A program made the translations under genes and the position numbers. The notes below the pieces were generated by a model. It was not told where the DNA came from. It saw only the letters and a list, made by a program, of their open reading frames with translations, and did no database searches. Positions 1 through 6,274 of a stretch of DNA of 15,041 nt are shown in pieces. Source of the DNA: a virus (taxonomy: Duplodnaviria > Heunggongvirae > Uroviricota > Caudoviricetes); the IMG/VR virus record IMGVR_UViG_2713896784_000032, one strand, 5' to 3'. How positions within the stretch are numbered: position 1 is the first letter of the stretch; every line of letters begins with the position of its first letter.

Positions 1-1002
1 TTACCCTCTATTGTCAAAAGGGTTCAATTCAACAGCAGCCTCTAAATGACCTGGAGCAAAATGCGCATAACGCATAGTCATTTTTATATCGCTATGCCCC
101 AGTATTTTTTGCAACACAAGAATATTTCCACCCCGCATCATAAAATGACTGGCAAACGTGTGACGTAGCACATGAGTTAATTGCCCATCAGGAAGCTCGA
201 TCTTCGCTCTCTTAATTGCAGCGTCAAAAGCCTCATAACATGGTGAAAATAGCGCTCCTCGTTTTTTAGGAAGCATAGCTTGCAATTGAGGTGAAATCGG
301 TACAGTGCGGTTCTTCTTTCCTTTAGTTTTAACAAATGTGATTCGACCGGGCAGTACTTGAGATTGCTTTAATCCTTCTGCTTCACTCCACCGAGCACCA
401 GTCGCAAGCCCAATACGGACAACAACCCCCAAATCTTTATTCCGTGACTCATCACACGCAATCAGAAGGCGTTCAATCTCATCTACATACAGAAACGCCA
501 GTTCCTTTTCTTCCTCACGAAACTTGCGAATACCAGTCAGGGGGTTTTCACCAGACCACTCCCCAAGGCGCTTCAGTTCGGCAAAAACAGCATGTAGATA
601 TGACTGCTCGCGATTAACGGTTGCTTCACTAAGTTTTTTCTTCCCCTTGGGATTCCATTCTCCTGATAGCCTTCTTTCCCGATAAGTAGCAAACATATTT
701 TTGTCAAACTGAGAAGCAAATGGATCTCCCAGCCTGGAACAAATCGCCTCAAGTTTGACTTTGCGCTCTGCACCAGAGGACAAGGTTTTACCGTACATCT
801 CAAACCAACGAGCAATCAACTCAGAAAGACGAGGACCAGAACCATCTTGAAACTCGTCTCCAACTCTACTATTCATTAAACGGCGCTCATAAGAGAGCGC
901 CTCACTTTTTGTCGCAAACTGTTTACGAATGCGTTTTCCCGATGCCCCGTAGGGATAACATTCACAAAGCCATTTACCTGATGGAATCTTACGAACCGAC
1001 AT
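1..1002 (-). CDS. int: Tyrosine recombinase (phage integrase), P2 Int-like
   Basis: 333-aa ORF. C-terminal region ...LTHVLRHTFASHFMMRGGNILVLQKILGHSDIKMTMRYAHF... carries the tyrosine-recombinase HxxR...Y signature. N-terminal GKRIRKQFATKSEA and central ITFVKTKGKKNRTVPIS match my recollection of phage P2 Int. Only 5 nt separate it from the upstream gene and it has no obvious Shine-Dalgarno, suggesting co-transcription. The ORF ends at the window edge, so any att site lies outside the window. Confidence 0.9.
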   Translation of the reverse strand: MSVRKIPSGKWLCECYPYGASGKRIRKQFATKSEALSYERRLMNSRVGDEFQDGSGPRLSELIARWFEMYGKTLSSGAERKVKLEAICSRLGDPFASQFDKNMFATYRERRLSGEWNPKGKKKLSEATVNREQSYLHAVFAELKRLGEWSGENPLTGIRKFREEEKELAFLYVDEIERLLIACDESRNKDLGVVVRIGLATGARWSEAEGLKQSQVLPGRITFVKTKGKKNRTVPISPQLQAMLPKKRGALFSPCYEAFDAAIKRAKIELPDGQLTHVLRHTFASHFMMRGGNILVLQKILGHSDIKMTMRYAHFAPGHLEAAVELNPFDNRG

Positions 1003-1007
1003 TTTAG

Positions 1008-1355
1008 TTACTTATCACATAAATCAAATGCAGCCTTAGTGACATCCCCCAGACTCTTTTTTAACCCTGGGGCGGCATCATTATCTAGCCAAAATGGATT
1101 ATTGTTATCTAACGGTAACGCACCAAATGTTTTACCTTTTATTCGAGCCAAACCTGTAAGTGCATATAACTTATTATCGTCAAAATTCATCACATAAGGA
1201 TTACCATCAAGACACTGTAATTGAACCTCATCAGTATTAAATGGCCATACCCCATTGAAACTCTCACGTTCAATAGTTTTAAAAGGCATTGCGACGGCGG
1301 AAAAAGAAAACATAGATAAAAAAGTAACTAATAGTTGAACCTTTTTTACTTTCAT
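1008..1355 (-). CDS. Small secreted protein, DUF2511/YebY-like (tentative family assignment)
   Basis: 115-aa ORF with an N-terminal signal-peptide-like segment (MKVKKVQLLVTFLSMFSFSAVA) and two cysteines (one near the middle, one near the C-terminus). The WPFNTDEVQLQC ... KKSLGDV ... LC pattern resembles what I recall of the E. coli YebY family. Shine-Dalgarno-like GAGGT lies upstream of the start. Confidence 0.55.
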   Translation of the reverse strand: MKVKKVQLLVTFLSMFSFSAVAMPFKTIERESFNGVWPFNTDEVQLQCLDGNPYVMNFDDNKLYALTGLARIKGKTFGALPLDNNNPFWLDNDAAPGLKKSLGDVTKAAFDLCDK

Positions 1356-1384
1356 ATCATTACCTCAATTTAGCTCAAGTAAGA

Positions 1385-2035
1385 TTACAAATTAAAAAAC
1401 GCCCTAGAAATGACACCGCCTACCAAAACCCCTACGCAGATAAAGAATATTATTTCTTTTGGATAAAGTCGGATTAATTCTGAAGCACGAAGTCGGACTT
1501 CTGGTAAGGTCGAACTCTCTATGTGGCTTGATGCCGATTGTTGCTCTAACCACGACAATGCAGACTGTAACTGAGAACGAGTAAGATCGTTTAAACGTCC
1601 TGTACCGAAATTGATATGGCAATACCGCAGAAGTTTTTGTCGAAGTCCACAGTCTTCACTGTTACGTAGTAATAAACTTACAAGAGCCTTACAGGCATCA
1701 TGATCTTTACATCGCTCAAGCATTGCATGCAGAAAACTCTCCGCTGTTTTATATTGATTTACTGTCATATCATCAATACCAGCTACACCAATCTCCGCAT
1801 GTACTTTTTGCCAAATAATAAACGCTTCAGTATTGCTAGCTTCTGCAATAGCAGCAACCAAGCTATTTAGCTCCTTACGCTGAGCCTTAAGCAAAGGGCG
1901 ATCGTCATCATCATTATTCGAAGGGATTGCGATATTGACGGTATGAGAACCATCATATCGCTCTATCTGAATATTCTTTTCGTGAAAATCACGCCCAGCA
2001 ACGCGATTGTTTGAACCGTTTGAGTTGACGGCCAT
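1385..2035 (-). CDS. Hypothetical tail-anchored membrane protein (cytoplasmic domain plus single C-terminal transmembrane helix), unknown function
   Basis: 216-aa ORF. Strong Shine-Dalgarno (GGGAGG) 5 nt upstream of the ATG, 15 nt after the stop of the upstream HTH gene. C-terminal hydrophobic stretch IIFFICVGVLVGGVISRAFF. An acidic DDDD run near the N-terminus. N-terminal motif NNRVAGRDF is shared with the C-terminus of the upstream HTH protein. Confidence 0.6.
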   Translation of the reverse strand: MAVNSNGSNNRVAGRDFHEKNIQIERYDGSHTVNIAIPSNNDDDDRPLLKAQRKELNSLVAAIAEASNTEAFIIWQKVHAEIGVAGIDDMTVNQYKTAESFLHAMLERCKDHDACKALVSLLLRNSEDCGLRQKLLRYCHINFGTGRLNDLTRSQLQSALSWLEQQSASSHIESSTLPEVRLRASELIRLYPKEIIFFICVGVLVGGVISRAFFNL

Positions 2036-2050
2036 GTCACCTCCCTACTA

Positions 2051-2455
2051 TCACCTACCCTTAGTTTCGTTATAGTCACGACCAGCGATACGGTTATTAC
2101 CACCAGAAATATTTAACTCACGTCCTGATGGCTGAGTTTCCTTTTCACTGATCGCACCTTTTAAAGCCCCAATCACCGCGTTTTTCACATCTAACGAAGC
2201 TGCTCGAAAGCGAGTAATCAATTCCTGCTCATCATCGTTATAAGTTTCAGGTGAGTGAATTCCCAACACAACATACTGAACATCAAGGCCAAAACGAGAC
2301 AGCGCTGCCAAATACGCAGCATCAGGAAAGCTATCTCCTTTCTCATATCTAAGCTGAGTTAGCTTTTTGACTCCACCAATGTCGCTCATGGCAACTTGAC
2401 TAAGTCCCAATCTTTCCCTTTCCTCACGCAACCGCCGACCAATATCATTTTTCAT
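2051..2455 (-). CDS. XRE-family helix-turn-helix transcriptional regulator; candidate immunity repressor (position equivalent to P2 C)
   Basis: 134-aa ORF. N-terminal region RLREERERLGLSQVAMSDIGGVKKLTQLRYEKGDSFPDAAYLAALSRFGLDV fits a Cro/C1-type HTH. First gene of the leftward operon, divergent from the Cox-like gene, as in the P2 C-int arrangement. Confidence 0.75.
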   Translation of the reverse strand: MKNDIGRRLREERERLGLSQVAMSDIGGVKKLTQLRYEKGDSFPDAAYLAALSRFGLDVQYVVLGIHSPETYNDDEQELITRFRAASLDVKNAVIGALKGAISEKETQPSGRELNISGGNNRIAGRDYNETKGR

Positions 2456-2530
2456 ACAAAAACCTTGACAGGTATCTTTTTTGATACCAAAATGATTTCA
2501 CGAGCTATTAGATGATCACAATATACCACT
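2456..2530. promoter_or_regulatory. Divergent promoter/operator (switch) region between the repressor-like gene and the rightward early operon
   Basis: 75-bp intergenic region between divergent starts. Consensus -35 hexamer TTGACA at 2465..2470 on the plus strand, immediately followed by a perfect palindrome GGTATC-N6-GATACC (2471..2488). A further GATACC copy lies at 2549..2554. Exact -10 elements are not assigned with confidence. Confidence 0.4.
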
Positions 2531-2737
2531 ATGAAACAAGTTCTTCACGATACCAGATCACGCATTCCGCGTAACACCGCCACAGGTCCAAGACTGGCAC
2601 TTCGGCTGTCCCTCGAGGAGCGAGCCGTCATTGATGAAATGGCAGCTAAAGAACAACGCTCATCCTCTAACATGGCGCGCATGATCTCCCTTCGCGGCCT
2701 AGAGCTAACCCAGAAAGAACAAAACAAATCTTCCTGA
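2531..2737 (+). CDS. Small ribbon-helix-helix-like DNA-binding protein (tentative)
   Basis: 68-aa ORF. The segment RLALRLSLEERAVIDEMAAKEQRSSSNMARMI looks like a beta-strand followed by a helix, as in CopG/Arc/MetJ-type proteins. No clear Shine-Dalgarno upstream, so the call is uncertain. Confidence 0.4.
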   Translation: MKQVLHDTRSRIPRNTATGPRLALRLSLEERAVIDEMAAKEQRSSSNMARMISLRGLELTQKEQNKSS

Positions 2738-2753
2738 TCAGGAGGCTAGTGGG

Positions 2754-2957
2754 ATGTCAGGTATAACCATCAATATCAATGTGAATGCCCCCAATGTATC
2801 CCTGCAGAAATATGCAGAGATAACAGGTATCCCTCTTAATACATGCAAAAAGATGTTGGCTGACGGTCGAATTATTATCCGCCCCAAACGCGCCAAAATG
2901 GAAAAGCCTGAAGTAAACCTTGTGGCGATGTTAAAAGACGCTTTGGCTAACAGCTAA
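2754..2957 (+). CDS. Cox/Apl-like small HTH protein (candidate excisionase and lysogeny-lysis switch regulator)
   Basis: 67-aa ORF with a strong Shine-Dalgarno (AGGAGG, 2740..2745). The segment VSLQKYAEITGIPLNTCKKMLADGRI resembles the HTH of P2 Cox as I recall it (IPYQEFAKLIGKSTGAVRRMIDKGKL). Its position divergent from the repressor matches P2/186 organisation. Confidence 0.55.
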   Translation: MSGITININVNAPNVSLQKYAEITGIPLNTCKKMLADGRIIIRPKRAKMEKPEVNLVAMLKDALANS

Positions 2958-2978
2958 AACAATGAACAGAGCACCATC

Positions 2979-3329
2979 ATGAAAAAAAACGCTAATAATC
3001 CATACTCCAAATTTCGTAATGGCGTAGAACGCCATGTACACCACGTCGCTACCAGTGCATCACGTAGTAACAGTCGCTATAACCTGAACGAGACGCATGC
3101 AACACCGGATGGCCACGCTGTAAAACAAATCGGCGAACATGCCTGGCTGATTGAGAAAGCTGGAATCGTGGTCCACAAATGCCCACGCAATCCGTTTACC
3201 GGGAACCGCATTTTTGCATTGAACTGCGGCGACAATCACTTCGGGCAGGATTTCACATTATACGAAGCACTTCGCACGGTTGATCGTCTGCTTCGCGGGC
3301 AAAGTTTTATTAAACAGGCTGATTTATAA
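2979..3329 (+). CDS. Hypothetical protein (early operon)
   Basis: 116-aa ORF, same strand and tightly packed with neighbours. No recognisable domain by eye. Confidence 0.45.
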   Translation: MKKNANNPYSKFRNGVERHVHHVATSASRSNSRYNLNETHATPDGHAVKQIGEHAWLIEKAGIVVHKCPRNPFTGNRIFALNCGDNHFGQDFTLYEALRTVDRLLRGQSFIKQADL

Positions 3330-3339
3330 CAGGTGCTTT

Positions 3340-3618
3340 ATGACCAAAGAGCATGCACAAGGTGTATTTATCCGTTTTATTGATTTTCGCGGTGAACTGT
3401 TATTACGCGCATCAGCCATTGACGGAATTGTTCCATCCGAAAAAAACGCAGCTACTTACGTTTATCTGAACGGTACGCGCCTGACTGTGGAGCTTCCGTA
3501 CCAGACCGTACGAGAAATCATTAGCGAAGCTGAAAAGGCTCGTCAGGTTAATGGCGATGAACCCTATATCGAAATTATTTGTATGGATTCAGAAGCTGAA
3601 ATTCAGAAAGCAGATTAA
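3340..3618 (+). CDS. Hypothetical protein (early operon)
   Basis: ATG at 3340, with AGGTG 4 nt upstream and 10 nt after the preceding stop. 92-aa product MTKEHAQGVFIRF.... The six-frame track begins this ORF at 3280, overlapping the previous gene; the internal start is preferred. Confidence 0.45.
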   Translation: MTKEHAQGVFIRFIDFRGELLLRASAIDGIVPSEKNAATYVYLNGTRLTVELPYQTVREIISEAEKARQVNGDEPYIEIICMDSEAEIQKAD

Positions 3619-3629
3619 AGGGCGTTGCG

Positions 3630-3872
3630 ATGGGCAAAGAATATAAAACTCTCATTAACAAAGCACCTGAACGATTTTATTTTCGCTTAAGTGCATCAGG
3701 CGCTCATGCTGAACGTGCAGCCCGTGACTCATTGACCAGGGCAATCCGGAGTTTGTATGACGTTGCTTTTTACGCTGATGATCTGGATGCACTTAACGAA
3801 CTTTCCGAGCTGATCTGTGCCGCAGAATGCGGGGAACACATTGAACCATATAAGCTGGGGAATATCGCATGA
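3630..3872 (+). CDS. Hypothetical protein (early operon)
   Basis: 80-aa ORF with an AAAGGG Shine-Dalgarno-like sequence upstream. No recognisable domain. Confidence 0.45.
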   Translation: MGKEYKTLINKAPERFYFRLSASGAHAERAARDSLTRAIRSLYDVAFYADDLDALNELSELICAAECGEHIEPYKLGNIA

Positions 3873-3982
3873 GTATATTTATCTCATGGCTTGTTCTGAT
3901 TATTTCGGTGGCCTGCGCCATTGGGATTATGCGAATTATTCATTCAGTAAAAAAGATTGAACGCTTTTTCACTGACAAATAA
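3869..3982 (+). CDS. Small hydrophobic peptide (37 aa), candidate single-pass membrane protein
   Basis: Not in the supplied ORF track (too short); read directly from the sequence. ATG at 3869 overlaps the TGA stop of the upstream gene (ATGA coupling). Translation MSIFISWLVLIISVACAIGIMRIIHSVKKIERFFTDK, stop TAA at 3980..3982. Hydrophobic helix followed by a basic tail. Confidence 0.3.
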   Translation: MSIFISWLVLIISVACAIGIMRIIHSVKKIERFFTDK

Positions 3983-4074
3983 CAGCTTAAACAGAACACC
4001 AGATTAAACCCGAAAACCTGAAAACTATCCGCATTCGCGGAGGTATTCGCACACGTAAATAACGGAGATATAAA

Positions 4075-4491
4075 ATGAACGCAAAAGAAAAAAATATTAT
4101 CAATACATTAAAAATAGTGTCAGCAGAGCAAGACAAGCTGTCCAGGGCAGCCCAGAAAGATAATCAACATATGGCAGCGCTTTACGCACTGACCATCGCA
4201 ATAGCCACCCCTGAAGCAGCCAAAGTTATTGAGGAACAGAGCAAAGAAATCGACACTCTTAAAACACAGTCAACAGTTGCAGCCATGAATCCGTCCAGCA
4301 TTGGACGCTGCATTTATATTCTTGGTTCAGCAATGATGCTGCAATACACCATTATTGCCGAACTGCACGGCAAATACCTGATAACGCCTTACCACACAAA
4401 AGAGTCAGAGCTTCTGACAAATCTCCGCCTGATAGAACGCTCTCAAGCTGTATTCATTGATGACGCGCAACGTGCCGTATTTAACGCATAG
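4075..4491 (+). CDS. Hypothetical protein (early operon)
   Basis: 138-aa ORF with a good Shine-Dalgarno (GGAG) 7 nt upstream. No recognisable domain. Confidence 0.5.
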   Translation: MNAKEKNIINTLKIVSAEQDKLSRAAQKDNQHMAALYALTIAIATPEAAKVIEEQSKEIDTLKTQSTVAAMNPSSIGRCIYILGSAMMLQYTIIAELHGKYLITPYHTKESELLTNLRLIERSQAVFIDDAQRAVFNA

Positions 4492-4514
4492 GGTTACTGG
4501 ACAAAGGGGGCGCA

Positions 4515-4718
4515 ATGGCAATTAAGCATTTTCCCGTCGTTCGCTTTACCTCCAGAGGGCGCGAATACGAGGTCGACGAACGCCTGATTACCACTATCGA
4601 CAAACATCGTTCGGAAAAGGATGCACACCACATCTACCTCACTGACGGCACTTACTTCTGCGCCACCAACGTGGCGCGAGTAAATCTTATCCGACAGGTA
4701 CAGGAGCCACGCAGATGA
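4515..4718 (+). CDS. Hypothetical protein (early operon)
   Basis: 67-aa ORF with AAAGGGGG upstream. Its stop overlaps the next start (ATGA). Confidence 0.45.
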   Translation: MAIKHFPVVRFTSRGREYEVDERLITTIDKHRSEKDAHHIYLTDGTYFCATNVARVNLIRQVQEPRR

Positions 4719-4981
4719 CCATTCTGGACTACATCGCTACTCATCCGGGGTGTAGCGGCGGAGAGATCGCCGCAGCACTGAATACCCCAACCACAGCCAT
4801 TAATGCTGAGTTACGCCGACTTTGGCGCGGCGGCTTAGTCATCAGAACAAACCGCAGCACAGGTGGTCGCGCTCGCAAAACAGGAGGCCAGGCTTCTTAC
4901 CACGTAAACCCGATGCCGTTCGGGTGTAGCAATCCACTTACTCACATGTTTAACCAGCTACTGAAGGAAGCCAGAGCATGA
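4715..4981 (+). CDS. Hypothetical protein, possibly a winged-helix-like DNA-binding protein
   Basis: 88-aa ORF, start overlapping the upstream stop, AGGAG upstream. The segment ATHPGCSGGEIAAALNTPTTAINAELRRLWRGGLV has a helix-turn-helix-like character. Assignment is tentative. Confidence 0.45.
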   Translation: MTILDYIATHPGCSGGEIAAALNTPTTAINAELRRLWRGGLVIRTNRSTGGRARKTGGQASYHVNPMPFGCSNPLTHMFNQLLKEARA

Positions 4982-5277
4982 GCACCATCAACCACCAGAA
5001 GCTACGCGAACTGGCATTTGCCCTGCAACGAATGGCAACGCCTCAAAAATTACTGGCATTTCGCGCAATGCTCTCGCCGTCTGCTGTGCTGGCACTGCTG
5101 GATCAGCTGGAGCACGCCAGAACCACGGCTCCTGCCATTCGCCTCACGCTCCATCATGAAATCGCTGATTTCTGCGCAACGCTGGGGGCACCTGGCGAAC
5201 CGGAAACGCCGGAAGCAATGCAGCAAGAGCTGCTGCAACGCATCGATAACGTTTTTGATTTTTTTCTGAACCAGTAA
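4978..5277 (+). CDS. Hypothetical protein (last gene of early operon segment)
   Basis: 99-aa ORF, start overlapping the upstream stop (ATGA), followed by a non-coding structured region and terminator. Confidence 0.45.
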   Translation: MSTINHQKLRELAFALQRMATPQKLLAFRAMLSPSAVLALLDQLEHARTTAPAIRLTLHHEIADFCATLGAPGEPETPEAMQQELLQRIDNVFDFFLNQ

Positions 5278-5400
5278 GAAACCAGAACATGCACACACAA
5301 AAAAACCGCTTGCCATGCCGCAATCGGTCAGGTTACATTTCCGCTGCACCTCATAAAACGGGTGCCGGGATTCTCAACCCGATACAGAGCAAAGCGCATA

Positions 5401-5420
5401 ACCGCGCTAGCGGTTTTTTT
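5401..5420 (+). terminator. Rho-independent terminator-like hairpin plus T-run
   Basis: ACCGC-GCTA-GCGGT hairpin (5401..5414) followed by seven T residues (5414..5420), downstream of the 4978..5277 gene. Confidence 0.5.
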
Positions 5421-5599
5421 GTGCGTACTGTATTGCCACGTCTTTTTCGCGTCAGAATTATGGCGGGGCGTACGGGGCCGACTTCGGTCGGGCCGGATTC
5501 TTTGCTCTCCGGTGTTGAGAACCCTGTACGTCTCGCCACCCCGAGATTCTCAACTCTGGATGGTGAGTTATTTCTATCACCGAGCAAAGAGGCCACACC

Positions 5600-5830
5600 A
5601 TGGCAGACCGCAAACAGCACCGCGCTATCGCGGAGCGTCGTCACATCCAGACTGAAATCAACCGCAGACTTTCCCGCGCATCACGCGTCGCGCAAATCAT
5701 GCACATCAATATGCTGCATGAGCGCAGCCACGCACTATCAAACATTTATTCCGCCTCTGTTTTCAGCTATCTGGCGGATGATCTGCACGAGTTTCAACAG
5801 CTCATCCAGCAGCAAAACAAACTCCATTAA
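5600..5830 (+). CDS. Hypothetical small basic protein
   Basis: 76-aa ORF with AGAGG 7 nt upstream of the ATG. Protein-like composition (MADRKQHRAIAERRHIQTEINRRL...). Preferred over the overlapping 205-aa low-complexity ORF 5289..5906. Confidence 0.4.
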   Translation: MADRKQHRAIAERRHIQTEINRRLSRASRVAQIMHINMLHERSHALSNIYSASVFSYLADDLHEFQQLIQQQNKLH

Positions 5831-5902
5831 TTCCTGTTCCGGGCCTTTCCTGCACCTTGCGGCGGGAGGCCTTCGCACATCTGTAACAAGAGGATTGCCG
5901 CA

Positions 5903-6268
5903 ATGATTCTCGCCAACGACTTTCTTGAATACCTGCTCAACACAGAACGTGATCTTGCCGCTCGCGTGCGTGATCGTTATGACATGTACCTGAAATCCCT
6001 GCCTGTACCGCAGCTCGCTGACGGAAAGATTGTTATTGATGGTCGCTACATGATTGACAGCCACGAGGGAAATTACAGGCTTTACCGCATTGAAGGTGGC
6101 ACCCCGTCCGTTATTGGCATTTACCAGCGCCCATCCTCTGCAATCGTCGATGTGATTGCCGACAGCATCCGCATCACACATCGCCATGCCGACACAGAAG
6201 ACACCGTGCTGGAAATTCAGCGGCTGGCTACAGCCTGCCGCGACACCCTGAATGGCATGACGAAGTAA
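5903..6268 (+). CDS. Hypothetical protein immediately upstream of the replication initiator
   Basis: 121-aa ORF with AGAGGA upstream. Stops 6 nt before the rep gene start, so probably co-transcribed with it. Confidence 0.5.
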   Translation: MILANDFLEYLLNTERDLAARVRDRYDMYLKSLPVPQLADGKIVIDGRYMIDSHEGNYRLYRIEGGTPSVIGIYQRPSSAIVDVIADSIRITHRHADTEDTVLEIQRLATACRDTLNGMTK

Positions 6269-6274
6269 ATCACT

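Noticed and set aside
573-815. 80-aa minus-strand ORF within the integrase gene
   Set aside because: Alternative frame inside a confidently called integrase. No independent support.
1385-2035. HEPN-like or other nuclease motif in the 216-aa membrane-anchored protein
   Set aside because: Looked for Rx4-6H spacing; the Arg/His pairs present (for example RQKLLRYCH) do not fit it. No nuclease call is justified.
2051-2455. Possibility that the HTH protein is a LexA/CI-type autocleaving repressor (Ala-Gly in the shared motif)
   Set aside because: The protein is only 134 aa and lacks anything resembling the S24 peptidase Ser-Lys catalytic domain, so self-cleavage is not supported. Kept only as a speculative note on the shared motif.
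5289-5906. 205-aa plus-strand ORF spanning the structured non-coding region
   Set aside because: Ser/Arg/Thr/Pro-rich low-complexity translation. Runs through a terminator-like hairpin and overlaps the more protein-like 76-aa ORF in another frame.
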